64,000 nt of DNA from Candidatus Neoclostridium roslinense (lineage in GTDB: Bacteria; Bacillota; Clostridia; Christensenellales; Pumilibacteraceae): assembly GCA_904379005.1 (NCBI GenBank), contig CAJFHH010000014.1:13556-77555 (forward strand), given 5' to 3'. Shown piece after piece: positions 31,455-39,882 of the stretch. The stretch's first letter is position 1. Each line of letters starts with the position of its first letter. The translations under genes and the position numbers were made by a program. The notes under the pieces were generated by a model, which saw only the letters and a list, made by a program, of their open reading frames with translations, searched no databases and had not been told where the DNA came from.

Positions 31455-31662
31455 TACAAAAAACCTCCTTTTAATAATTTTCGGCAACAGCACCTGTTTT
31501 ATAATATGCAAAGTATATAAAAAGTGCGATTTTCCTTTGCGGCCCTGCGCTGTTTTTGCGGAAATTTTTAAGTCGCGGGCCGTGTCGGGCGGTTTTGTAT
31601 TGACAAAAACGTCCGCCGTCGGTATAATTATAGTTATAACAATAAAAATAGGAGAATATCGT

Positions 31663-32541
31663 ATGGGAAATTATAAAAATCCGGTCATAGAAGGCGCAGA
31701 TCCGTTTTTGCTCTTCGACGGCGAAAAGTACTACCACTACGCAACGTCGGCGCCGGACGGCTTTATCGTGCACTCGTCCAAAGATCTGTCCGAGTGGAAG
31801 GACGAGGGATATTGCCTTAAAGCGGGTGAAAGCGTTGTGGGCGACAAGTGCTTCTGGGCGCCGGAGATAAAGTATCGCGACGGCAAATACTATATGGTGT
31901 ACGTCGCCAACGAACACCTTGCCGTTGCCGTGGCCGACAAGCCTACGGGCCCGTTTGTCTGTCCCGAAAAGCAGTGGCTAAGTCAAAAAAACGCCATCGA
32001 CGGCAGTTATTTTATCGATGACGACGGCAGAATTTATCTGTATTATGTGCGCTTTGACGGCGGCAACGTCATTTACGGCGCGCCTATGTCGGATATGCTG
32101 ACCTTGCAGGAAGACAAGGAACGCGAACTTATTCGCGCCGGGCTGGCATGGGAGACGAGCATGGGAAATGTCGCCGAAGGGCCTTACATGTTAAAGCACA
32201 ACGGCAAATATTATCTGACGTATACGGCAAACGATTACCGCAGTCAGGACTATGCGGTGGGATATGCCGTATCGGACAGCCCGATGGGACCGTTCGTAAA
32301 GTACGACGGCAATCCGATATTAAAAAAGGACGGCGTAATTTTCGGGCCGGGACATCACAGTTTTACCACCTCGCCCGACGGAAAAAGCCTTTTGATAGTC
32401 TATCACATTCACCACGACGCCAAGGAAGTGCATCCGCGGCTTACATGCGTTGACCGCGCGCATTTTGAAAAAGATCCGCGCCAAAACGCGCCCGATATAC
32501 TAAAAATAGACGTTGTTCACGGCGAGCAGAGCCTTGACTGA
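31663..32541 (+). CDS. Glycoside hydrolase family 43 (beta-xylosidase/alpha-L-arabinofuranosidase-like)
   Basis: [48 protein letters not shown] and [20 protein letters not shown] form a five-bladed propeller pattern. The start was moved to ATG 31663 behind AGGAGAA. Confidence 0.85.
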   Translation: MGNYKNPVIEGADPFLLFDGEKYYHYATSAPDGFIVHSSKDLSEWKDEGYCLKAGESVVGDKCFWAPEIKYRDGKYYMVYVANEHLAVAVADKPTGPFVCPEKQWLSQKNAIDGSYFIDDDGRIYLYYVRFDGGNVIYGAPMSDMLTLQEDKERELIRAGLAWETSMGNVAEGPYMLKHNGKYYLTYTANDYRSQDYAVGYAVSDSPMGPFVKYDGNPILKKDGVIFGPGHHSFTTSPDGKSLLIVYHIHHDAKEVHPRLTCVDRAHFEKDPRQNAPDILKIDVVHGEQSLD

Positions 32542-32589
32542 CTACTTTTAGAAAAAAAAAGCGTTCCCGCGCAAAGGAACGCTTTTGCA

Positions 32590-33246
32590 TTAAATAAGCT
32601 TTCTGTCGAAATCGATGGAGCGCAGGTATTCTCGCGCGATGATCATGCCGCCTATATTGCCGGGATGCACGCGGTCCCACATGATGTACGCCGGGTGCCT
32701 AAAGCGCAGATATTCGTCGAACGCCGCCTGCAAATCGACGCATGGCACGGTTTTTTCGCGGCACAGCGTTAAAAGCTCCGCACGGAATTCGTCGGTCATG
32801 GCCCGCATGGGGTCGTCTTTGTTGAGTTCCATAAAATAGGGAGTCATGCACGAGACCTTAATACCGTTTTTGACGCATTTATCCAGCATTTTTTCCACGT
32901 TTTGGCGGTATTCGGCTTTGTCTATAAGGTTTGACATAAGAGAGGGTTCGTCAAAATGCCGCCAAACGTCGTTGATGCCTATTAAGATGACAACGCGGGC
33001 GGGACAAAGCGCCAATACGTCGTCGTCGAAACGATTCAAAAGGTCGCGGCTGGTGTTGCCGCTTATACCCATGTTGATTATGCGGAAAAGCATCTCGGGA
33101 TAACAGACGTTTAGTATCGTGTCGATTTGTCTGACGTAGCCGTCGCCCATGCCCTCGTATCTGCCTTCGCCCACGGGACGCTTTCTGCCGCAGTCGGTAA
33201 CCGAATCCCCGGCAAAAACTATTTTCTCTTTGTCTTGCAGCTGCAT
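32590..33246 (-). CDS. SGNH/GDSL-family hydrolase
   Basis: Block I is FAGDSVTD, block III is GINDV and block V is DRVHP. RBS AAGGAG. Confidence 0.8.
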   Translation of the reverse strand: MQLQDKEKIVFAGDSVTDCGRKRPVGEGRYEGMGDGYVRQIDTILNVCYPEMLFRIINMGISGNTSRDLLNRFDDDVLALCPARVVILIGINDVWRHFDEPSLMSNLIDKAEYRQNVEKMLDKCVKNGIKVSCMTPYFMELNKDDPMRAMTDEFRAELLTLCREKTVPCVDLQAAFDEYLRFRHPAYIMWDRVHPGNIGGMIIAREYLRSIDFDRKLI

Positions 33247-33500
33247 ATATTTGTCTCCTTAAATCTTTTTTTGACAATTATAGCACAACGAAGGCGCCGT
33301 GTAAAGGCATTTGCGATTTTTTTTGCGGCTTTTGAAGAAGTCCTTTCTTTCCGTCATAATAAAAGGAGGCTTTTTACGGCTTACGGCGTCCGAGGGGCGG
33401 AGCCCTTGTATATCCCGCGCGAAAAAGCTCGACTTTTGTAAAAAAGGGAAAATTTTAACAAAAATAACACCGTAATTTTGACAATCGGGTATATTCGGAC

Positions 33501-33529
33501 TTGACAGCGCATAATAATTGTGGTATAAT
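33501..33529 (+). promoter_or_regulatory. Sigma-A type promoter for tRNA-fMet
   Basis: TTGACA (33501-33506), 17-nt spacer, TATAAT (33524-33529), about 30 nt before the tRNA. Confidence 0.6.
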
Positions 33530-33560
33530 AATAAAGCTGTCCGAGAAAAGACAGTGTCGT

Positions 33561-33637
<77 letters not shown>

Positions 33638-33642
33638 ATAAA

Positions 33643-33677
33643 AAGACATTCCCGTATTGTTCGGGGGTGTCTTTTTG
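33643..33677 (+). terminator. Rho-independent terminator after tRNA-fMet
   Basis: AAGACATTCCCG / CGGGGGTGTCTT stem followed by TTTTTG. Confidence 0.6.
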
Positions 33678-33791
33678 TAAATTCTTTTTGCAAAAGCGCG
33701 TCTTTGCGGTCAAGCGGGACAAAAAACGGTGACGCGCCGCGCGAAAAACTGTTAGTCAATACCAAAGAGCGTTTATCAAGGAGATAAAGAC

Positions 33792-34541
33792 GTGGAAAAA
33801 GCCGCATTACGTCCGCAATACGTATCGTTTTTAGAAAAACAGAAACAAAAAGAAGGCTCGCTGTTGCTGTCGGGCAATCAGCTTAAAATCATCGCCATGA
33901 TAACCATGCTGATAGACCACATAGGCGTAAACCTGTTTCCGTCCGTCACAATACTGCGCGTTATCGGCAGACTATCCTTTCCCATCTTTGCGTATATGAT
34001 AGCGGAAGGCTGCCGTTATACCCGCGACAGGAAAAATTATCTCTTTACGATAGCGGCGCTGGGAATTTTGTGCCAGCTGGTGTTTTACGTTTTTACGCAG
34101 TCGCTATATCAGGGCATTTTGATAACGTTTACTATATCGATTGTGACGATTTATGCCATTGACGGTTTGATTTACGGCAAAAACAACTATTCCCGTGCGG
34201 CATGGGGAGGTGTATTGTTGATTGCCCTTTACGTCGCGTTTATAGCGCCGGTCCGGCTGGAAGCAAGGGGTTTTGCGCTGGATTACGGAGCGGCGGGCGC
34301 CGCCTTGCCCGTAGCCGTCTATTACAGCCGCGGCAGACTCATAAAGCTTTTAAGCCTTACGATAATGCTTTGCGTCGTCGCATATATGTCGCTGCCGGTG
34401 CAGTGGTATTCGCTTTTTTCGGTGGTTTTGCTAATGCTATACAGCGGCTTTCGCGGCAAAATGCGCATGAAGTATGTCTTTTACGTATTTTATCCCGCGC
34501 ATCTGGCAGTAATATATCTTATAGGCATGATGATGCATTAG
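33792..34541 (+). CDS. TraX-family membrane protein
   Basis: GNQLKIIAMITMLIDHIG and FPIFAYMIAEGCRYTRDRKNY are TraX-like. It is polytopic and starts at a GTG behind AAGGAG. Confidence 0.75.
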   Translation: MEKAALRPQYVSFLEKQKQKEGSLLLSGNQLKIIAMITMLIDHIGVNLFPSVTILRVIGRLSFPIFAYMIAEGCRYTRDRKNYLFTIAALGILCQLVFYVFTQSLYQGILITFTISIVTIYAIDGLIYGKNNYSRAAWGGVLLIALYVAFIAPVRLEARGFALDYGAAGAALPVAVYYSRGRLIKLLSLTIMLCVVAYMSLPVQWYSLFSVVLLMLYSGFRGKMRMKYVFYVFYPAHLAVIYLIGMMMH

Positions 34542-34600
34542 CGGTCGCCTCAAAAAGCGCACAAACAAAAGACTTTGTCCGCGCGTTCGTAGTAAAATTA

Positions 34601-34630
34601 AAATTCCCGTTGTAATGACGGGAATTTTTT
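34601..34630. terminator. Bidirectional terminator between traX-like and sdaA
   Basis: AAAATTCCCGT tgtaatg ACGGGAATTTTTT, with A- and T-runs on both sides of a perfect stem. Confidence 0.7.
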
Positions 34631-34663
34631 GTTGCGCCGCAAAAAATACAGCGCGGTAAAACG

Positions 34664-35908
34664 TCATATGTCTAATTTGGCCAGCCCGCCCAGAGAAGTT
34701 TCGCGGTAGACGGAATTAAGGTCCTGTCCCGTCTCTTTCATGGTGCGAATGACGCGGTCCAGCGAAATTTTGCGGCTGTCCCACAAAAAGTCGGCAAGGT
34801 CGGCGGCGTTTACGGCGCGCATGGCGGCGACGGCGTTGCGTTCGATGCAGGGAATTTGCACCAGTCCCGCGATGGGGTCGCACGTAAGCCCCAGATGGTG
34901 CTCTATCGACACCTCGGCGGCGTAGCCTATCTGGTCGATATTCATGCCGCGCAGTTCGCACAGTGCGGCGGCAGCCATTGCGCAGGCGCTGCCTATTTCC
35001 GCCTGACAGCCGCATTCCGCGCCCGAAATGGAGGCGTTGGTCTTGATGAGATCGCCTATTATTCCCGCCGTCGCCAGCGCCCGGCATATATCGGTGTCGG
35101 GGCAGCCGTGTTTTTGTTGATGGTGGAACAATACCGCCGGCACCACTCCCGCCGAGCCGCACGTAGGAGCGGTGACAATGGTCTCGCCCATGGCGTTCTG
35201 TTCGCTCACGGCAAACGCATAGGCGCAGATAAGACGCGCGTCGGTATTGTCGTGCTCGGAAGCTATTATGCCGTCGTACAGCGTTTTGGCGCGCTTGTGG
35301 ACGTTTAGGCCGCCGGGCAGTATACCCGAATCATTAAGACCGCGCGCTATCGAATTTTTCATCGCCGTCCACGCCTTAAGGAGAAAAGGCTCGATTGAGT
35401 CGCCTTCGCGTTCGTACACAAACTGCCACAAGCGAATTCCGCGTTTTTTACACGTTTTGCTGATTGCGTCGAAAGATCTTTCGGGATACACTATCGGCTC
35501 GTCCGGCGCGGATATGTCGGGTCCGAAGGAGATGTTTCCGCCGCCGATGCTCACAACGCGCGCCGAGCCGCAAACTTTTCCCGCCTTATAGGCGTATAGG
35601 TCCATGGTGTTCGGGTGAGGAAGGTCGGATTTTTGCGTGTCGAAGATTATCTCGACGGAGAGGGGAGCAAAGGTCTTTTTTATTACTTCGTCCGTGCCGT
35701 GCCCTTTTCCGGTGCACGCCAGCGAACCGTACAGGAAAACCTTAAAGGCGTCGGCTTCCGGATGGCGCTGCAAAAAGATGCGGCACGCCCGTTCCGGACC
35801 TATCGTGTGCGAACTCGACGGTCCGCGTCCCGTTTTGTATATTGACTTTATCGATGTCATGCCGCCGGACTGGTTTTTGTCGTCCGGACTTATGTTTGCG
35901 TCTTTCAT
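34664..35908 (-). CDS. sdaA: L-serine ammonia-lyase (iron-sulfur dependent, single-chain form)
   Basis: GRGPSSSHTIGP, APTCGSAGVVPAVL and the AECGCQAEIGSA cysteine ligands. Confidence 0.88.
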   Translation of the reverse strand: MKDANISPDDKNQSGGMTSIKSIYKTGRGPSSSHTIGPERACRIFLQRHPEADAFKVFLYGSLACTGKGHGTDEVIKKTFAPLSVEIIFDTQKSDLPHPNTMDLYAYKAGKVCGSARVVSIGGGNISFGPDISAPDEPIVYPERSFDAISKTCKKRGIRLWQFVYEREGDSIEPFLLKAWTAMKNSIARGLNDSGILPGGLNVHKRAKTLYDGIIASEHDNTDARLICAYAFAVSEQNAMGETIVTAPTCGSAGVVPAVLFHHQQKHGCPDTDICRALATAGIIGDLIKTNASISGAECGCQAEIGSACAMAAAALCELRGMNIDQIGYAAEVSIEHHLGLTCDPIAGLVQIPCIERNAVAAMRAVNAADLADFLWDSRKISLDRVIRTMKETGQDLNSVYRETSLGGLAKLDI

Positions 35909-36016
35909 GATTGCCTCGCAGGTAGAGTGTCTTGGTTTTTATCGCGGTATTTTGCTTGGCGGCATCGGGGGAGTGCCGCCGGCAGAGCCGAAAAAATTAT
36001 TCTTTTGCCGAAATTA

Positions 36017-37447
36017 TCATATGCGGCCGTAAATTTCGTTCCAGCGCCGCAGCTTTTTTCTGTCTATCTTTTCGAGTTGCTCTTTTGTAATGCGGTACGC
36101 CCAGTTGCCTTCGGCGGTGCCGGGCGTGTTGAGCCGCGTATCGCTGCCGTAATGCAAAAGGTCCTGCACGGGGAAAATGACTATGCCCGCATGGCTGGAC
36201 GTCATGGCGCGGACAATGCAGTCGTAACAAGCGTCCCAGTCGCCGCCGTACCCGAAGTATTCGAGAACGCGCCCGCGTGTTTTTTCGTCCAGTTCCCAGA
36301 TGTAACCCAGCAGCGTGTTATTGTCGTGCGTTCCGGTATAGGCAATGCAATTGTTATCGTAGTTGTGCGGCAGATGCGGAGAGGAGGCGTCGCCCAAAAA
36401 GGCGAATTGCAGCACTCTCATGCCGGGAAAACCGCTTTTATCGACCAGCGCGCGCACTTCGGGCGTAATGTCTCCCAGGTCCTCGGCAATAAGCAGCTTG
36501 CCGCCTGCCGCCTGCTTAATCGCGTTTATAAGCGCCTCTCCGGGACCGGGCTCCCAGCGGCCTTCTTTGGCGGTTTTGGCGGCTGCGGGAACGGCGTAAA
36601 AAGACTCTATTCCGCGGAAGTGGTCTATTCTCACGCCGTCGAAAAGTTCGGTCATAAAGGCGATGCGGGCGCGCCACCAGGCAAAGTCATCGTCTTTCAT
36701 CGCCTTCCAATCGTACAGGGGGTTGCCCCAAAGCTGACCGTCGGCGCTGAAATAGTCGGGTGGAACGCCGGCAACGTCGGTCATCCGCCGGTTTTCGTCC
36801 AGCATGAACATATCGGGATGAGCCCATACGTCCGAGCTGTCGTAGGCGACGTAAATGGGGATATCGCCTATTATCTTTATATTCTTTGAATGTGCGTAGT
36901 CGGCTATCTGTTTCCATTGAGCGAAAAACTCATAGCATATGAATTTCCACGTTTTTAGGGCGGAAGCGTCCAAAACGTCGGTTTTCCACTCGTTCCACGG
37001 CAGCATGCCGTTTGCCGTTTTAAGCGCCATAAAGCGGCAGAAAAGCAATGTCTCGGCGTGGCGCGCAAAAAATTCTTCCGCTTTGTCCCACTCGTCAAAT
37101 CTCTCGGCGGCGCGCCGCAAAAGAGAAAGACGCTGTTCTTTAAGCCGCGTAAACTCGCACGAATAAGGCGTTTTCTGACGGGCGTCGTTTTCTTCTCCAT
37201 CTGTGATAAGCCCCTTGCTTTTCAGTATGTCGAGGTCGATAAAAAAGGGATTTACCGAAAAAGCGCTGAAAGATTTGTATGGCGAATTACAGTCGTCGGG
37301 AAGACAGAAAGGCAGCGTCTGCCAGTACGAAAATCCGCAGTCGCTCAAAAAGTCTATCCACTGTTTTGCCGCCGTGCCGAAGGAGCCTTCCGAATATTCG
37401 CCCCAAAGCGACGAAACGTGCATCAATACCCCGCTTGCTCTTTTCAT
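36017..37447 (-). CDS. malQ: 4-alpha-glucanotransferase (amylomaltase, GH77)
   Basis: MKRASGVLMHVSSLWG N-terminus, GDIPIYVA, GVRIDHFRG and LIAEDLG. ATG 37447 behind AAGGAG is preferred to the TTG at 37453. Confidence 0.92.
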   Translation of the reverse strand: MKRASGVLMHVSSLWGEYSEGSFGTAAKQWIDFLSDCGFSYWQTLPFCLPDDCNSPYKSFSAFSVNPFFIDLDILKSKGLITDGEENDARQKTPYSCEFTRLKEQRLSLLRRAAERFDEWDKAEEFFARHAETLLFCRFMALKTANGMLPWNEWKTDVLDASALKTWKFICYEFFAQWKQIADYAHSKNIKIIGDIPIYVAYDSSDVWAHPDMFMLDENRRMTDVAGVPPDYFSADGQLWGNPLYDWKAMKDDDFAWWRARIAFMTELFDGVRIDHFRGIESFYAVPAAAKTAKEGRWEPGPGEALINAIKQAAGGKLLIAEDLGDITPEVRALVDKSGFPGMRVLQFAFLGDASSPHLPHNYDNNCIAYTGTHDNNTLLGYIWELDEKTRGRVLEYFGYGGDWDACYDCIVRAMTSSHAGIVIFPVQDLLHYGSDTRLNTPGTAEGNWAYRITKEQLEKIDRKKLRRWNEIYGRI

Positions 37448-37496
37448 TATCAAAATCTCCTTTATAAATTATGACAAATTTTGCCCGCACGCGGCG

Positions 37497-38066
37497 TCAA
37501 AAGTTTATGACGCCCAGGTGTTGCAGCAATATTTTCACGCCCAGCAGAATGAGTATAACGCCACCCGCGATTTCCGCAATGTTTTTTTTGCCCGCGCCGA
37601 AGACGTTGCCCACCTTGACGCCCACTGCCGACAGAATGAAAGTAGTAGCGCCGATGAGCGCCGTGGCCACCCAAATGTTTACGTCCAGAAAGGCAAAGGT
37701 TATGCCCACCGCCAAAGCGTCCACGCTGGTTGCGACCGCCATTATAAGCATGGTCATAAAGGAAAAGGGATTTGTCTCTTTCTTTTCTTCGTCCTTTTTA
37801 AAGGATTCCGCTATCATGCTTATCCCTATCGCAACGAGCAGAAAAAACGCCACCCAGTGGCCGAAATTCGTGATATATTCCGAAAACATCGACGCGCACA
37901 AATAGCCCAAAAGCGGCATCAGCATCTGAAAGCCGCCAAACCATACCCCCGTAATTACCGCGTGTCTCAGTTTTACTTTTTCGACGGTAAGACCTTTGCA
38001 TATTGCCACCGCAAACGCATCCATGGCCAAAGCAACTGCCGTGATAAATAATTCAAGAAGACTCAT
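37497..38066 (-). CDS. mntP: Manganese efflux pump MntP
   Basis: Duplicated DAFAV/DALAV motifs (AMDAFAVAICKG, SVDALAVGITFA) and six hydrophobic segments. The start was moved to ATG 38066 (MSLLELF) behind GGAGAG. Confidence 0.85.
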   Translation of the reverse strand: MSLLELFITAVALAMDAFAVAICKGLTVEKVKLRHAVITGVWFGGFQMLMPLLGYLCASMFSEYITNFGHWVAFFLLVAIGISMIAESFKKDEEKKETNPFSFMTMLIMAVATSVDALAVGITFAFLDVNIWVATALIGATTFILSAVGVKVGNVFGAGKKNIAEIAGGVILILLGVKILLQHLGVINF

Positions 38067-38233
38067 TGTTCTCTCCGTGCGCAAGCTTTTATTATATTTT
38101 ATCACAATTGCGCCGATATGTAAAGTGTAGGTGCCATTATTGTGCAATATGGAGCGTTTTTTACAAAAGTACGTCCGCGCCCGCCGGTCAAACGCGGCGG
38201 CATTAAAATTTTTGCAAATACGCGTAAATTCGA

Positions 38234-38262
38234 TTGACATTTTTATTTGTGTTCGATATAAT
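38234..38262 (+). promoter_or_regulatory. Consensus sigma-A promoter for tRNA-Thr
   Basis: TTGACA (38234-38239), 17-nt spacer, TATAAT (38257-38262). Confidence 0.6.
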
Positions 38263-38330
38263 ATTAAAGCTGGAATTAAATGTGCTTATATGTTTTGAGC
38301 AATATTTAATACTCGGCTGAAACTCAATAT

Positions 38331-38406
<76 letters not shown>

Positions 38407-38415
38407 CAAGTGAAT

Positions 38416-38457
38416 AATACGAACCTCGGCGAAATGTCGGGGTTCGTATTCTTTTGT
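38416..38457 (+). terminator. Rho-independent terminator after tRNA-Thr
   Basis: AATACGAACC ... GGTTCGTATT (10-bp stem) followed by CTTTTGT. Confidence 0.65.
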
Positions 38458-38513
38458 GCGAGAGATTATTTCGGCATCCGCTTTCAGCTCCCATAATAAA
38501 ACCTTCCGAATTT

Positions 38514-38767
38514 GCTTTTTCGGGGCGGCTATGGTAGCATAGGACTTCGCAGACGTCAACGGCCGCAAAATCGTCGCTGAAAGCACCTATAGAAAGACAT
38601 TTATAGCCGGGCAAGGAATAACTCCTTGCTCGGTTCTTTTGCCGTCTATGGGGCATTACCAGACCTGCACGCAACGATTTTGGCTTTGCCCCGTTGACTT
38701 CCGCAGACCGACAGAAAGGACGCCTTATCTCTACCGTCCTATGCTACCCGGCCTGTTGCCCGAAAAA
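38514..38767. other. 254-nt element bounded and subdivided by nested long-range inverted repeats (candidate structured RNA or MITE-like element)
   Basis: Three nested complementary pairs: CTTTTTCGGG 38514-38523 with CCCGAAAAAG 38758-38767; GGTAGCATAGGAC 38532-38544 with GTCCTATGCTACC 38735-38747; GTCAACGG 38554-38561 with CCGTTGAC 38690-38697. Internal local hairpins are present (CTATA..TATAG, GCAAGGA ataac TCCTTGC). Confidence 0.5.
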
Positions 38768-38794
38768 GGCAAATATAAATTCAGAGGTGTTAAA

Positions 38795-39466
38795 ATGGAA
38801 ATGTTGGTAACAAAGTTCTCAAACGGAAAGTATCGCAACGAAGGCGAATGGTTCGCAGAGCCTATCTCTGCCGAGAACATCAAGCTCATGGGCGAAATGA
38901 TCGCGTTGCAGGCATTGCGTACCGTGAAAAAGTATGATTTAAAAATCGCGGACAGACTGTATATCGGTCTCATCAAAGACCTGCACCATATGCGTGAGAT
39001 AGACTATATCGTATCGGATGGCTATGACGTAGCGCAAACTGCTATCTGCTTTCTCTATAAATTCGTCGGTCGTACAGCACATGAGATTTACGGTAAAGAC
39101 CGCAAAGGGAAAGAAATCACCATTAAACTTGCCTGCTATCGTGAAGTAGACAGCTTTATCAACCTTCTTTGTAACAGGCCGGACAGGCGCGGAACTGTCG
39201 TTGAATCCATTGACTTTACAGACTACAAGGCTCTGCCTATGGATCCCGTGAATTGTTTTGAAAAAGAACAGACCGATTACAGCAAATACGATGAACTCGT
39301 AGGCGCGTTGCAGTTATCCGCTTTGGAACTTGCCATTTTAAACTGCTACATGAACGGTATGAGGCAAGCCGAAGTCTGCGCCGAGCTCGGCATCGGCAGA
39401 GGAACGATAAACCACCGCAAGGCGAGCATACGTCAAAGGTATCAGGAGCTTTACGGCGCATACTGA
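38795..39466 (+). CDS. Sigma-70 family-like protein (region 2-like core plus region 4 HTH), mobile-element type
   Basis: C-terminal LSALELAILNCYMNGMRQAEVCAELGIGRGTINHRKASIRQRY is a region-4/LuxR-type HTH. The central DGYDVAQTAICFLYKF is region-2-like. The start was moved to ATG 38795. Third codon positions look visibly more A/T-rich than in neighbouring genes. Confidence 0.6.
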   Translation: MEMLVTKFSNGKYRNEGEWFAEPISAENIKLMGEMIALQALRTVKKYDLKIADRLYIGLIKDLHHMREIDYIVSDGYDVAQTAICFLYKFVGRTAHEIYGKDRKGKEITIKLACYREVDSFINLLCNRPDRRGTVVESIDFTDYKALPMDPVNCFEKEQTDYSKYDELVGALQLSALELAILNCYMNGMRQAEVCAELGIGRGTINHRKASIRQRYQELYGAY

Positions 39467-39494
39467 TATGCCACTCAACCTCATATCAAGCTAA

Positions 39495-39525
39495 AAGGCA
39501 GCACATAACGTGTTGCCTTTTGTTA
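39495..39525 (+). terminator. Rho-independent terminator after the sigma-like gene
   Basis: AAGGCAGCAC ataac GTGTTGCCTT followed by TTGTT. Confidence 0.55.
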
Positions 39526-39882
39526 TGGGGGAAGATTATCACGCGGTCAAAATTATTGCAAATAGTTATTTTCTATCGCTTACAATAGCTTGTGGTTATT
39601 GCAAAAATGATGTATAATAAAACTTGAAGAAGCAAAATTGCCGATAAAACCGCGGTTGTTTTATAAAAATTAAAATTTGCTTATATCCGCGTAACAATAA
39701 AGGCAATTATGTTACAATATACTACACGCGTTTGCGGTAGTACGGCGCGCCGTCGGCGCCGAAAAGCATAAAAAAGCCAAAATATCGGCGGCGGTTTTTG
39801 TCATACGGCGGATTGACACCCCGAAGAAAAATAACAAAACCGACTTATAATCAAAAGAGATCCAACAAAAGGAGTAGAGTAT

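Noticed and set aside
30620-31520. Alternative-frame ORFs across the collagen repeat on both strands: 30620-31180, 31069-31437, 30745-31140, 30923-31186 and 30969-31520.
   Set aside because: All are off-frame readings of the Gly-X-Y repeat ([21 protein letters not shown] and similar). Only one frame gives canonical GXY triplets, with an AAGGAGG-ATG start and a sensible C-terminal domain.
38067-38233. A yybP-ykoY manganese riboswitch upstream of mntP.
   Set aside because: The minus-strand leader shows no conserved riboswitch core that I can recognise. It has only a short GC hairpin (CCGCC..GGCGG) and promoter-like hexamers. The transcribed leader appears to be only a few tens of nt, too short for the ~100-nt aptamer. 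A covariance-model scan would be definitive.
38639-38794. An N-terminal extension of the sigma-like ORF; the track start is 38639.
   Set aside because: The extension (MPSMGHYQTCTQRFWLCPVDF...) lacks an RBS and lies entirely within the inverted-repeat element. ATG 38795 has an AGAGGTG RBS and starts a sensible protein.
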